The notes: generated by a model from the letters alone, not told the origin. A DNA stretch of 64,000 nucleotides from Octopus bimaculoides (GCF_001194135.2 NC_068992.1:6942549-7006548), one strand, 5' to 3'; positions 13,693 through 27,381 are shown, counted from the stretch's first letter. Numbers and translations are program-made.

Positions 13693-14095
13693 NNNNNNNN
13701 NNNNNNNNNNNNNNNNNNNNNNNNNNNNNNNNNNNNNNNNNNNNNNNNNNNNNNNNNNNNNNNNNNNNNNNNNNNNNNNNNNNNNNNNNNNNNNNNNNNN
13801 NNNNNNNNNNNNNNNNNNNNNNNNNNNNNNNNNNNNNNNNNNNNNNNNNNNNNNNNNNNNNNNNNNNNNNNNNNNNNNNNNNNNNNNNNNNNNNNNNNNN
13901 NNNNNNNNNNNNNNNNNNNNNNNNNNNNNNNNNNNNNNNNNNNNNNNNNNNNNNNNNNNNNNNNNNNNNNNNNNNNNNNNNNNNNNNNNNNNNNNNNNNN
14001 NNNNNNNNNNNNNNNNNNNNNNNNNNNNNNNNNNNNNNNNNNNNNNNNNNNNNNNNNNNNNNNNNNNNNNNNNNNNNNNNNNNNNNNNNNNNNNN
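13693..14095. other. assembly gap (N) flanked by (TA)n
   Basis: N run. Confidence 1.
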
Positions 14096-14142
<47 letters not shown>

Positions 14143-14341
14143 TATATACACACACACCCACATACATAGATATACATAGTTTAGAGGAAAGAAAAGGTGA
14201 TTAATGTGTTAGTATACTATGAGATTCTAATTGGGAGACAGAATAGTGTTTGTTAGGGAGCCAGTTGTAGTTTAGTAATCTTTTTAATTGAAAGAATTAA
14301 AAAGCTCAGTAAAAATCTGTTTACATGAGAATATACTCTTG

Positions 14342-14600
14342 TATCATCATCATCATTACCATCATCATGTCTACTTTTCCATGCTTGGGTGGGTTAGTTA
14401 AAACTTATTGAGGCAGATATTCTGTGGTTGGCTTCTGTCCAAACCTCACCTCTTTCCAAAGAATATAATATCCCCCAGGGTCATATATGTTTTCATATTA
14501 GATTGGAAATGAGAGACACCACTGGTATGGTAGTGATGCTTGTTTACAACTGGTGTGTGATGTTACAACAAGGAGGTGCAAGTACACACACACTCTCTCT
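14342..14600 (-). mobile_element. SINE subfamily A2 body with RTE-like (GAT)n tail
   Basis: catcatcat...ttttccatgcttg...gattggaaatgagagacaccactggtatggtagtgatgcttgtttacaac. Confidence 0.65.
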
Positions 14601-15174
14601 TCAAACTCATTGATAGATAGATAGACAGAATCAATAATTTCCTTTGATTTTTTCATTTACTTTTTTAAATTGAAGACATCAGCAGTATTACTTATTAACT
14701 TTCTTCTGATGTATAATGCAAATATTTTCATAGCCTTTACACTGTAGTCATTATATATTCCAGTAATCAGAAGAACCAACCATATCTGTTGTCATTAGCA
14801 CATACATTATAAATCAGAAATATATGGAATTGTTGATTTTGGTGGGCCTCTCAGTATTTAGTGTTTCGGTTCAGTTTATCAATACTTTGTGAAAGATTAT
14901 GAAGAATTCTGCAGACACTGAAGCTCTTTCTAGTTTTATTCCTTTAAAAATTACTTAAAACAACTGAGAACCTTACTAAATTATTGAAAAAGATGACACG
15001 AGTTCAATGAGAGTATTCTAGCAGATAGCGAATGCAATGTAAATTATATTCTGAATTCTCAATTTTAAATCCAACAGAGAGATTAAGAAGCAACAATATT
15101 AATTTATTATAACAAATCTGATATTATTAGGTATGCAGCTGAGAAGTAGCTAAGAAGATACAGAAACAATATTT

Positions 15175-15570
15175 ATCTTTTACTTGTTTCAATCATTGGA
15201 CTGCAGCAAATTAACTCTGGTACTCTAGTTTTTATTCTATCAGTCATTTTTGCCAAACTGCTAAGTTACAGGGACATAAACAAATCATGCTGGTTGTCAA
15301 GCAGTGGCACTGATGGGGGTGGGGCAAACGCAAACACACACTCTAGCACACATATATACATACACCCACACACCCATACACACTCTCTCTCTCTCTCACT
15401 CACACATACATACACACATATGCACATATATAAAACAGTCTTCTTTCAATTTCTGTCTAAGGCTTTGATTGTCCTGGAACTATCGAAGACATTTGCCCTT
15501 TGTGCTGTGCAGTGGGATTAGATCCAAGACCATATAGTTGGGAAGCAAGCTTCTTAACCACTCAGCTACA
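15175..15570 (-). mobile_element. SINE family A with internal (CA)/(CT) microsatellite
   Basis: ttttacttgtttcaatcattggactg...gccaaactgctaagttacaggg...gggaagcaagcttcttaaccac. Confidence 0.8.
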
Positions 15571-16499
15571 CGTAAAGAAAAAATCATAAAGGCTTATATC
15601 GGACATATTTAGGAAAACTTTTTTGTTTTACAAATGAGTAGGATCAGGTCAAAGATATAAATGCCAAGACTTACCCTTCTAACACTATTTATGCAATTAA
15701 CACCTTTAGAGGAAATTAAATATAACTCCTGCATACAAAACCTTTCAATTAGATAAGTTTTTTATAACAGTTTTATTTCTCCTCTTATCAACAACAGATT
15801 TTATGTTGCTTTTTGATCAATAGAAATCTTTTCTATCAATCAAACTTACTTCTTTTCTTTAGTGCATGAAATAAAGGCCATATAAGGAAGTAAAGAATAC
15901 TTTCGAATATTATACAGACTGAAAATGATTTTAGTTTTTTGCGATCACTTTACTTTTTGGCATGTAGTTTGTAGCATCATTCTTATATATACATATATAT
16001 TCAATGTATAAAATACCAAAGTGTTTTTTATTGTAGAATTCATTGAATTGACAATCTAATGTCTAGAAGCACTATAGAATTTCTTTTAGAAGTTTAAATA
16101 TAAAACCAAGTTGTTTTCAGCTTGGCAAAAACTTTACAAATACATAAATCTTAGTTCATTGTGTTTACTGAACTGTGAAAAAAGATTTGCTATGTTAAGT
16201 GTCATATCAAATAAGAACTGCTACAATCAGAATATAAAAACGATTCATATAACATTGGTATAATTTGGTTCTCTTAAGCAACAAAAATGTTTTAGTTATT
16301 GAGTGCCAACTTAAAAAATACTAAATATTTCAAATCCTGATAGATTTTGACATTTTCTGAAAACTCTGGATTTATGGGTGTGTATGCATGCTTGCATTTG
16401 TTTGTGTGAGAGCATGTGTGATGATATAAACGCATTTAGGTATGTGTGTGTATTTGTTTTTGCACACGTGTTTGTTGCATGTATTTGTGTTTGCTGTCT

Positions 16500-16716
16500 G
16501 TGTTGTTTGTGTGTGTGTGTGTGTGTGTATGTACGTGTACATATCAATTCAATGCATCAAAAAGCATATAAATGGAATGCTATCTTACAAATCTACATTT
16601 TTAACCTGATACATGAAAATATGAAACTTGCCATGAAATATTAATGTTGAAATATTGCTGTGTGTGTGTATGTGTGTGTGTGTGTGTGTCTGTGTCTGTG
16701 TATGTGTGTGTGTGTA
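16500..16716. repeat. two (GT)n tracts
   Basis: direct inspection. Confidence 0.85.
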
Positions 16717-17624
16717 CAAAAGTATATAACTACAAATTTTATTTTTGCAAGAGATGTGTTATAAGTAGAATTTCCCATTGTAAGTTTTTACTTGGTGAAA
16801 GTTTGTTGTTGTTTGTATTGACCTGTGCTGAATTCTTGACAGCAGCATCTCTTAATTCTTCTTCCAGTTCTTCTGTTATTCATTGTCAAACCTCAAAGGT
16901 ACCTTGGTCAATTGTCTTCTAATCTACTCAACCATATCTTTGGGTTAATCCCAGCCTTATGAGCGAATTTCATAGACATAAGCTGAGCAAAAACTGCTGA
17001 ATAGACTAGGAGTGCCACTGTTTTGCAATGCTATATAGCAGGTCTCTGATTATAAGATACAAACCTTCTTTCCTCCTACCATGTGTCATGGTGTCATCCC
17101 TCCTTTTGCTTGCCATTCTTGCAGACTCTGCAAAAAAATGTAATGGCAGATGTTCTTCCTCTGATTTTACCATTAAGAAAGGCCATCTTTAAAATAAGAA
17201 TATGGGAAAGACATTTTGCGATCAAGAATGGTCTGCTCTTTTAACCAATTACGCAGAGCCAGATTAAGTTCTGCATGTTTCCCTAAGCTTAGCCTAACAT
17301 TGGAGTCCATGCAATCTCTCCATACCTAGTTAAGAAGACATAAAGACAAAACTGCTGAATATGAAATTGTAAATAGAAAATTGTTGTTTTAACCCTAATT
17401 GGACTTACTTAATCAGCCCTATGGACAGTGGTGTTTTAGTCCTGTTCAATCTGTTTTTATTCTGACATATTGGATTACATTGTCCACTGTAATCACTTTG
17501 ATTTAAGCAGAGTTTGACTGTTGTTTGAAGTTGCTGAAAAGGTCACAAAGACTCTTCTCTTGTTAGGTTATTTCTATTTTTCATTTATGGTTAAGGAAAT
17601 TTAAATTTGAATGATCTTTTTATC

Positions 17625-17839
17625 TTTAACTTGGTTCAGTCAATAGATTGTGGCCATGCCGGGGCACTGTCTTGAATTTCTAGTCAAATGAATCAATCCC
17701 AGCACTTTTTTTTTTTAAGCCTGGTACTTTTATTCTATCAATCTCATTTGCTGAACCACCAAGTTATGGGGACATAAACACACCAACACAAGTTGTCAAG
17801 CAGTGGTTTGGGGACAAACACAGACACAAAGACACACAC

Positions 17840-17906
<67 letters not shown>

Positions 17907-18050
17907 ATGGGCTTCTTTCAGTTTCCATCTACCAAATCCACTCACAAGGCTTTGGTCGGCCTGAGGCTATAGTAGAAGACACTTGCCCAAGGTGCTATGC
18001 AATGGGACTGAACACAGAACCATGTGGTTAGGAAGCAAGCTTTTTAACAT
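17625..18050 (-). mobile_element. SINE family A, full length, with expanded internal (TA)n
   Basis: aligns end to end with the 12490 and 37060 copies; (TA)n at ~17842-17896. Confidence 0.9.
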
Positions 18051-18586
18051 GGGGTCAGGCTTGTTGATTTTCCTTTTTCTTTTGAGTATAGAAATATTAG
18101 CCAGAACATGTACAATACAATTTCAAAGAGTTCAGTTTCACAAATAAAAGTAGAAAGTAGATGAACAGCAATAATGATGGTTTCTGTAAAGAGATGATAG
18201 TTATTGGTTATTGTGAATATTGATCTGGTCCTTAGTGACGTATGAGTGATTGATTTAAGTGACTGTTATGTTGGTTAAAAGTCATGTAAGTATCTAAATT
18301 AACACCCAGATTTTGAACACTTGAGAAATAGCTCTGTAGGTGCCATATTGACAAGATGTTTTCAATAACAAATCTTTCACCGATGTTCTATACCAGAAAA
18401 TTTGTGGTTTGTTAATTTGGTAATGACCATCACTCTATTTATTGATATTTTAACATTGATCAATAAACCAATTTTGGAAAGATTTGTATTATCAGCATAA
18501 CTCATTTTTAAAGATTTGTATTACCAACATGACCCTTTGCATTGAACTAGGGATACAATCAGTGTGTAAGTAAATCCAATAATAAT

Positions 18587-18960
18587 AATCATCATCATCA
18601 ACATTTAACATCTGCTTTCCATGCTGGCATGGGTTGGGTGGCTTGACAGGAACTGGCAAGGCCATGGGCTGCACCAGGTTTTATAATCTGTTTTGGCTTG
18701 GCTTCTATGGCTGGATGCCCTTCCTAACATCACCAACCAATTTACAAAGTGTACTGAGTACTTTTTGCCCAGAACCAGCACTCACACCAATGCTTTTTAT
18801 GTTGCTCCTGGTTTTAGGATCTCAATTCTGTTGTGGTCCTGGTCCCCTATCATCTTCTTTGTAAGGCTCAGTATTTTGAGATTGGCCTTTCACGCTTCAT
18901 CCCATGTCTTCCTGGGTCTCCCTCTTCCACAACTTCCCTCCACTTACACTGGAGTGAAGT
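18587..18960 (-). mobile_element. 5'-truncated RTE-clade LINE: ORF C-terminus plus 3' UTR and (GAT)n tail
   Basis: - strand 18960->18820 translates VEGSCGRGRPRKTWDEA*KANLKILSLTKKMIGD (RTE C-terminal GRPRKTW motif) and runs into the gggcatccagc...gcatggaaagcagatgttaaatg(atg)n tail. Confidence 0.85.
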
Positions 18961-18984
18961 TGTGGAAACCTAATAATAATAATG

Positions 18985-19312
18985 GTTTCTAATTTTGGCA
19001 CAAAGCCAGCAATTTTGAGGGAAGGAAATTAGCCGCTATCATCAAACCTAGTACTGGGCTGATACATTATTAGAGTCAAAGAGATGAAAGATAAAATTGA
19101 CTTTGGTGGAATTTAACTCAAAATGTGAAGTGCACAAGAGGAGGATGTTAGTTGATAACATTGGACCCCAATATTTTACTGGTACTTTATTTTATAGGCC
19201 TTAGCAGGATGAAAAGTGAAGTTGAGATCAGTGGGATTTGAACTCAGAATGTAAAGAGCCAAAACAAATATTTTAAGGCATTTTCCTAATCATTTCAACA
19301 ATTCTGCCAATC
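18985..19312 (-). mobile_element. two tandem SINE B fragments
   Basis: ttttggcacaaagccagcaattttg...; actggtactttatttt...gggatttgaactcagaatgtaaagagc. Confidence 0.75.
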
Positions 19313-20469
19313 CAAATAAAGATTTTTAAAAACTGATGGTAAAAAAATATCTCTCTGCTTTTAAATCAAAATATACTTTTCTTTCTTGTGTCAAGTTCTT
19401 ATTTCTGTGATTTAAATTGTTGCTCATGTTGTTAGTTGAATCTTAGAATGTTGCAGCTAAATGAATTCTGTGAGTCTTTCTGTATTTTTCTTGGTTGCAC
19501 CTCCTTTTTCTAGTTTACAATTTCCTTTCAGCTAAAATTTGGTTTCTCATTACTCAATATTCAATATGTTAATTTCTATATTTACCATCTCTCAACATTA
19601 CTGTGTCTTTGATTCCTCTGGTTCACAAACTTTCTTCATCCTTCACAGATTCATTAAATATTTATAGTAGATCAATCTCATTTCTTTCCTGTTGATTCCT
19701 CACAATTATTCTTACCTTTATCACCCACACTACACCAAAATATCTCTCATACTTTACACTGCATACATTTAGTAAATGAGTTCTTTGATGTCATCAAATA
19801 TGATTCTTTGAAATATTCAATGATTTCTATATAATAGGTCTGTTTGATATCAGAACACAATCACTACTTCTCATGAGTCTTCACTTTATTCCTTGGTTCT
19901 TTGAACTTAGTGCTATATTTGGTAATTTAAATGTATACTATTTTATGAAATAGTCAATGTCGTGCTCAGAAACCAGAAATCTAAGCCATCAGATTTAAGC
20001 TTAATTACATTTATTGAAAATGTATTTTTCAAAAACATTTCTATCTTTGTTTTTTTTTACTTTACAAGAAGGGCTATGCCCAAGACCTTCATGGGACCTC
20101 TGGGCCCAGTTAGATCAATGCAGTTAACATTCTACTCATACAAGCTGCAAGAGAAAAATGTGAAGAGAAGCAACTCTAGAGGAATAACATTTTGGGAGAT
20201 GAAGCCCTGGACTACATAGTTTGTATGGAACGTGGAAGATATGTGCAACATAGGCAATGAAAGGAGAAGAGACAAATGAGTTGGGTGTGCCTAGTGAAGA
20301 GAGCATGGAACTGTCCAGCTCTGAGAAAAAGAGACCCCTGTGGTTGTACACAAGGCAAAGAGTAATATCATGTCCGCATCCATGGGCTAGAGGTTGTAGT
20401 GTGATGGTGAATGTATGTCAATCTGTCTTCATTTTTTCAATAATAAAATATTGTTTTGAAATCAAAGTA

Positions 20470-20885
20470 ATGTTTGGTGTTGGTCAGTCCTAATTGAGAA
20501 GATTTTTAATCAAAAATGTTCCAGCCTTGACCATCCCATATTTTCGTATGTGCAAGACAACATATTGTATATTTTTTACCTTCTTGTCTCAAAGCAGCCG
20601 GGTAGGAGCTAAGTGAACTTGACTGCTATTTCTAGCTGGTGTAGCAACCAAATAGTGACTCGCTCAAATGGGAGATAGCGATGTTGGGCCCTAAATCAAT
20701 TCTGATTCAGCTGACCTATAGTCAAGAGGCATTCTAGCCATGACAATTTTATCTTTTTTTAGGAAAAAAAGAATTACATTTAAAGTGTCCTTTTTTTTTC
20801 TACTTAAAATGACAGGGCATGATTTGAGGAAGTTTTAGCTGCTATTTGTAATAGATTGAGAGACCACATAGAAACTCCTTTTGCT
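20470..20885 (-). mobile_element. tandem family D copies
   Basis: ttccagccttgaccatccc, ctgctatttctagctggt, gacctatagtcaagaggcattctagccatgac, gctgctatttgtaatag. Confidence 0.65.
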
Positions 20886-21224
20886 GTTGCTGTAATAGTG
20901 GTCAGCTTTGATAAGAAAATCTATGATTAAAAGATTTTTCAGCTTTCTTTTTTGAGACCAAGTATTAAAACAAAGTTATCCAATTTTAAAGATGGTAGAA
21001 TGTGATCTTGCTAATATTTCAAGGAGGCTAAACAACCACATAGGGGTTCCCTTGTTAACTCAAAACCAAAAGCTGAATCCATTATATTTCTATCTGCACA
21101 GTTTGTTTTTTTCATATTGTAGAAGTGTAAAAAATTGTACAACATTTTATTGCCTAAACACTTTAGTACTATGGAAAATAGTACAATATTTTAATTTAAG
21201 TTAAAATCCACAAACTTGTGAGAC

Positions 21225-21405
21225 AACCACGTGGAGATCACTCAACCTTTTGGCAAATATACTTCAGATCATAGCTTTGCATCCTAAACAAAAGTAATGA
21301 CCAACTGTATAATGTAGTCCAGGATAAATTATAAGAAGTAGTGGTCACTTTTAGAAAACTTTGGATCATAAGTTTGTTTGATCAAGACTGATGAAGGCTT
21401 AAACA
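21225..21405 (+). mobile_element. family D copy (sense)
   Basis: ccacgtggagatcactcaacc...ctttggatcataagtttgtttgatcaagactga...aaacaatagcaa. Confidence 0.5.
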
Positions 21406-22139
21406 ATAGCAATTAATTATAAACTTGGTTAAGCTATCTCTTTCTCTTTCATTCTCATTGACTTTCATTTTCTCTTTATCTCTCTCTAATTCTATTTCTG
21501 AACTGTCTCTGATTTATTCTTAATCAATAGCTATTTTTGATAATTTTGCGAATCCAGATAACCACTAAATATGTTGTTTGTTATATGTTGGTGATTTTCT
21601 ATGACACATATAAAATTAAGATTCTCTTTCTCCCCATATTTCATATTTATATAATCAAGCATATTTTCAAATGACACTAGACCACCAAGAAACTAAATCA
21701 GGCATTCTAAGTTTATTTTCTTCCATAAGGATTTCTTCCAGAAATGGATTACCTTCATTCTTCATTTGTTATTTCCTATTAAGAATACAATACAACAAAT
21801 TAACCTCTTTGTGAACTTATTTATAATGAAGTATACTCTCTATGCATTTCAATTAATCTTATAAAATAATCAAACATTTTCAAGTTATTTGCATATAAAA
21901 AAAACTTTTCATTATTAAACTGGCATTTGGAACATAACAAAAGGTTTTATACACAATTACGATGGAATGCCTTAATTTTAACATTGGCACTGAAAGGGTT
22001 AAAAAAGGCTACAATATTTATTTATAAATCAAATTAGAATTCTGTTTCTTTTTGCTTATCAAAAATGCAAATCTTCAGTCATTATCATGTAAATACTTGA
22101 GAGCAGTTTTCATTAAAGAAGTTTTTTTTTTTTTTTGTG

Positions 22140-22550
22140 GTACAGGCATGTCTATAAGGCTAAGAAGTTTACTTCCCGAGTACATGGTTTCAGGTTCGAT
22201 CACACTGTACAGCATCGTGGGCAAGTGTCTTCTATTATACTACAGGTCCAGACTGATCAAAGCCTTGTGCATTGATTTGGAAGACAGAAATTGAAAGAAC
22301 CCCATCATATAAGTGTGTGTGTGTGTGTGTGTGTGTCCTTGTATTGACATCATGTGTTCATTGTAAATGAATGTCATTCATTTACAACATTCTGCATAAA
22401 GATATCTGGCCTTGGAGAAATATTACCTTGCTTGGAAACAAGTAGAGATTGGTGACAGTAAGGGCATCCAGCCAGAGAAAATCTGCCTCAATATACTCTC
22501 TCTGACCCATGCAAGCATAGAAAAGTGGACATTAAAATGATAAAGGTGTT
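22140..22550 (+). mobile_element. SINE subfamily A2, full length: tRNA head, (GT)n, body, RTE-like tail
   Basis: ggtacaggcatg...caggttcgatcacac...gggcaagtgtcttcta...(gt)n...aatattaccttgcttggaaac...agggcatccagcc...gcatagaaaagtggacattaaaatga. Confidence 0.8.
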
Positions 22551-23944
22551 GATGACATGGATGGTCATAACAGCTGGATAATAAATTGCATCCTACTGTA
22601 CGAAATGGATAAATAGAAGCAACATGGATAAATAGAAGCAACATGCACTCTTTCAAGTTGTATACCAGATGCGTTTTGTTTTATTAGGCAATATATTTTG
22701 TATATGATAATAAAGAACAGCAAATAGTTGTATAAAATAGATTTTTGTTAGTGATAGATGTTTTCTATAAATGATGAATAGGAAGACTTATTTTCATTAT
22801 TGATATTCCATAAATTTATTGACTAATTGATTTTTATGAAAATAACAATGATATTTTGAGTGAGTATAATTTTTATATTATTTGTGTTTACATTTATTGA
22901 AAGGTGATCAGTTGTAATTTAATTGATTGCTGATTTTTACAAAAAGCATTAAGAGATTTAAGCCACAAAGAATTGCATATTGTTGAAGATATATAAAATT
23001 GCAATGACAAATCTCTCAGCCTTTCTTAAACTCTTAATCAATCCAGTTGATTAACATGAAGTGATCTCCAAATTATGCTCAGTTCATTCCACTCAAGTCA
23101 GATCTTGTAGAAATTTATTCCAGTTTCCAAACATCCACAGCGTTATAGAGCTTTGAAATTCTACTTCACTTAGATATTGTGTATTAATGCATTGAGTTGA
23201 GGGAGGATTGTTTGTTGTTGTTATTTTTTGTTTGTTTGGTTGGTTTTGTTATTGCTATCATTTAATCTATTTCTTAAAAACATAATCTAATTTATGATGG
23301 ATTTTAATATTAATATCTTGATTGTTTAATACACAACAAAGTCTAAAGAAAAACTTTGTTTATTCCAAATATCAAAGAATCAAGACACATTTTCCCCTCT
23401 CTAAGTTCTTTTATATTAAACAAGAGAGAAATGCATTTTTCCATGGCTAGAACAAAAGTCATTCACAGAGAACTTTTCTAATCAAAGAAATTGAACTTAG
23501 TACATGAAGCCACAAAATCTGATCACTACCACTATTTACATGGTACCATCCAAAGTTAGCTTACCTTGAATTGGTCATTGATAGCTTATTACTCTAATTA
23601 ATAACATCACATATTCTTATGATGAGATACAAACCAATGATTTCTGTGATGCATCTCTGTATCTCATCATTTCAGAGCCATGACTTCCTTATATAATGCA
23701 TATGGTAACTTCTTTTTCAGGCTGAAGGCCTATTCAAGGCTTTTATGCAAGGGCAACAGTTGTTCGTTCCTTCAAGTCTCCCGTCACCATATTACTGCTG
23801 TTGTTCTAAGGAAAGGCCAGGGTTGATACAGTTTGAAACTAATGTTGTTGTAAACATTGGCATTAAAAGACAAACGGTGAAAACGTATACTATAAGGCAA
23901 CTTGTCCGACATGTAAACAATTCTACCAATCCTCCATCCTTGTT

Positions 23945-24060
23945 TTTTACTTTATTTATCAACCCTAAAAGAATGAACGATAATGTTGATCGCAGTTGGA
24001 TTTGAACTCACAATACAGAGAATCAAAGCAAATACCACAAAACGCTCTAATAACTCTACT
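23945..24060 (-). mobile_element. SINE B fragment
   Basis: tttatcaaccctaaaagaatgaa...ggatttgaactcac. Confidence 0.6.
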
Positions 24061-24099
24061 TATTCACCATCATTTGTAAAGTAATCATCATATTGTTTT

Positions 24100-24422
24100 A
24101 ATGCCAACTTTTCCATGCTTGCAAAGATTGGACAGAGTTTATTGAAGCAAATTTTCCACAGAATATTGGAAATGACTGTCTATATGACACACACAACTAT
24201 CACACAATGTCAAGACAAGGGAACATACACACTCACTTCTATCTATCTATTAACACACACACACACATGCCTGCACAATGGGTTTATTTCAGTTTCCCTA
24301 CCAGATCCACCCATAAGGCTTTGCTCAGACAAGAGCTATACCTAAGGTGCCATCCAGTGGGACTGAACCTGAAACTAGACCATGTGATTGAGAAGTAAGC
24401 TTTTTAAGCATACAGCCATGCT
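24100..24422 (-). mobile_element. SINE A2 copy
   Basis: ttttccatgcttgc...atgtcaagacaaggg...(ca)n...tttcagtttccctaccagatcc...gggactgaacctgaaac. Confidence 0.75.
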
Positions 24423-24834
24423 AAAAGATAATGCAGAGGTCAGAATATATTAGGACCTCATTAACTATATTGAAAACAAAATAATGATGTAAAAAAAAAA
24501 TTTGAAAACAATCTATAAAACCACATTATGCTCCAGAAAACTTTTCTAATGGCATCAATATTTAGCGATTTTTCCTTTTTATTTTTTAAGGATATATTTA
24601 TATAGTTTGTTTATCTTGTTATTAGCCTCAGGTGTTATTTGCAAACTTTTGACACATCTTATTTGGTAAAAAAATGCAGTTTACTTAAAGAAACTAACCT
24701 AATTGCTTCTAATGATTTATAATGGTATAATTTGTTTTGTTTTTGCTTTTTAAACTTTAGGCTAAGACTGACTGATAGTGTTTTCTTTCTCAAATATAAT
24801 ACAGTTTTGTAAAAAATTTTTTAATCAACCAATA

Positions 24835-25060
24835 TGGGTGCAGGCATGGCTGAGTGGTTAGGAAGTTCATTTACAATCACAAGATTCTGGGTTCAATCAT
24901 ATGGTACAGCACTATGGGCAAGTGTTTTCTACCACAGAATTGAACTGGTTTCAAATTTTGGTATAGGGCCAGTAATCTCAGGGAAAGGAATAAGACAATT
25001 ACATTGACCCAAGTGCTCAACTGGTACTTACCTTATTGGCCCCAGCAAGGAAAGGGTAAT
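24835..25060. mobile_element. SINE A head (+) abutting SINE B tail (-)
   Basis: ggtgcaggcatggctgagtggttaggaag...gggttcaatc; then ttttggtatagggccag...cccaagtgctcaactggtactta. Confidence 0.7.
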
Positions 25061-25321
25061 CTGGAATTGAGTTATAGAATACCTTCCACTGGTATGATCT
25101 GCACCAAAGAGTTTCCTTCTTCTGTGTTAGTCTTTATTGTTACAATTTATAGGGCAATATGTTAAATTTGTTGCCAATGGAGAGGAAGTAAATATCTATA
25201 GATTCATAGTGGTTGTGTATAGATTGGTGTGCCTATAGTTAAATGATTAAGAAGTTAGCATTGCAATCACAAGGACCTGGAGGTTATGGGAGAAGATAGT
25301 AGCCCAAAAGAATGTTCTTCT

Positions 25322-25448
25322 GTTTCACTCAAAAGGCATTGGTCAACTCAAGACCTGTAGGAGAAGCTACTTTCCCAGTGTTCCACACAGTGGGACAGAA
25401 CTTTAAACCGAATGGTAACAAAGTGAACTCCATATCCACACAGCCATG
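25322..25448 (-). mobile_element. degenerate SINE A head
   Basis: ttcactcaaaaggcattggtc...cagtgggacagaac...ccacacagccatgcct. Confidence 0.6.
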
Positions 25449-25470
25449 CCTCTGTATTTATGTGTGTGTG

Positions 25471-25514
<44 letters not shown>

Positions 25515-26060
25515 NNNNNNNNNNNNNNNNNNNNNNNNNNNNNNNNNNNNNNNNNNNNNNNNNNNNNNNNNNNNNNNNNNNNNNNNNNNNNNNNNNNNNN
25601 NNNNNNNNNNNNNNNNNNNNNNNNNNNNNNNNNNNNNNNNNNNNNNNNNNNNNNNNNNNNNNNNNNNNNNNNNNNNNNNNNNNNNNNNNNNNNNNNNNNN
25701 NNNNNNNNNNNNNNNNNNNNNNNNNNNNNNNNNNNNNNNNNNNNNNNNNNNNNNNNNNNNNNNNNNNNNNNNNNNNNNNNNNNNNNNNNNNNNNNNNNNN
25801 NNNNNNNNNNNNNNNNNNNNNNNNNNNNNNNNNNNNNNNNNNNNNNNNNNNNNNNNNNNNNNNNNNNNNNNNNNNNNNNNNNNNNNNNNNNNNNNNNNNN
25901 NNNNNNNNNNNNNNNNNNNNNNNNNNNNNNNNNNNNNNNNNNNNNNNNNNNNNNNNNNNNNNNNNNNNNNNNNNNNNNNNNNNNNNNNNNNNNNNNNNNN
26001 NNNNNNNNNNNNNNNNNNNNNNNNNNNNNNNNNNNNNNNNNNNNNNNNNNNNNNNNNNNN
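25515..26060. other. assembly gap (N) after (TA)n
   Basis: N run. Confidence 1.
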
Positions 26061-26647
26061 TAATTTAGTCTACTTTGATATTGCAATTATGGATAAGCTC
26101 CCTATTTTAATGTAAATGATAGCTTTCACATTTATCATGAATTTTCATCTAACTTAATGCCACACAAGATATCCTGTTCCTACTTAATTATCTTTTCAAG
26201 TCCATTTTCTGTATTCTATTGAGCTAATATGGAATTTGCAATATGTTTTCTTAATATAGAATAATATTAATTTAAGTTGCAGAATGAAACACAAATTACC
26301 TTAGCAAACTCCTGCATATATTTGGTGATTTTTTTAAAAAGTTTATACAGGAAGGAAATTTAGCTTACTGGAAAAAGGAACATCGAATATTTCTCAACCA
26401 TTAAATCAGCACATTATTTTTGAGGATTGGATCCAAAGATAATCTGGTTCTTACTATATCAGTCTGTCATTGCTATCCAATATAGTTCTGTTAATATCTT
26501 TTTTTGCTTTCCTTTGAATAATACTGGAAGAAAGATAGGATTTGATTATTGGGTGATTATTAATTTCAAGACAGAATCTTAAATGTTAATTCAGACTTAG
26601 GTCTTGCACAATTCCTTTTATCCCCCTTTTATCTTTGTTTATTTATT

Positions 26648-26649
<2 letters not shown>

Positions 26650-26699
<50 letters not shown>

Positions 26700-26880
26700 A
26701 TTATTCCTCCTTTTCTTTCCTATTATGTATTTGTCATACTATCTCTCTCTACATCTTTCTCTTTTTCTCTCTCTCTCCTTTTTTTCTCTACTTATCTGTC
26801 TACCATGTTATCACTCGACCTCCACTCCCATCTAACCTTATCTGCCCCACTTTCATCTCATCCCTGTCTCCTCTCCCTCC
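26650..26880. repeat. (CT)n and pyrimidine-rich low-complexity tract
   Basis: direct inspection. Confidence 0.85.
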
Positions 26881-27124
26881 AGGTAAAATCTAAAAGTTGC
26901 TCACTGAATTAGTTTCTTCTTTCACAGTTTAAAAATAACCTCATCATAGTAATATGAAAAGTAATCAACAGACAATATATTCCATCAATAATTTATTTGT
27001 GGCAACTTTCATATTTTGATCAATACAACCTGATTACCAGTTTCAACTCAGGAGCCATCATGTTATAATTTCATATCTTCATACTTGTTCAATAATATTT
27101 TATTTTAATGAGCCAACATGAGAG

Positions 27125-27347
27125 TCTTTGTACAGTGATTCAACCTGCTAGAAATAATAACCAAATTTTCCACAAATTACACTCTGCTATTGTACGAAAG
27201 GAAGGACATGTGTACCTTGACACACTGTGCTTGAGAAAGAGAATGAGATGGTCACGGTTAGAACACTGTTCATCACAGGTCTGCTCAACATGACACTAAT
27301 TATGGTGGCAAAACCAAACTAAAGAATACGATCGAATACTACTACTA

Positions 27348-27381
<34 letters not shown>

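Noticed and set aside
16790-17330. Possible LINE 3' end with a (CAA)n tail on the - strand
   Set aside because: Only a vague resemblance; no motif strong enough to call.
22605-22642. 19-bp perfect tandem duplication
   Set aside because: Ordinary slippage duplication with no further structure.
23721-24005. Possible exon after ttctttttcag with an 86-aa open frame
   Set aside because: No credible donor; the frame runs into SINE B debris and has no recognisable motif.
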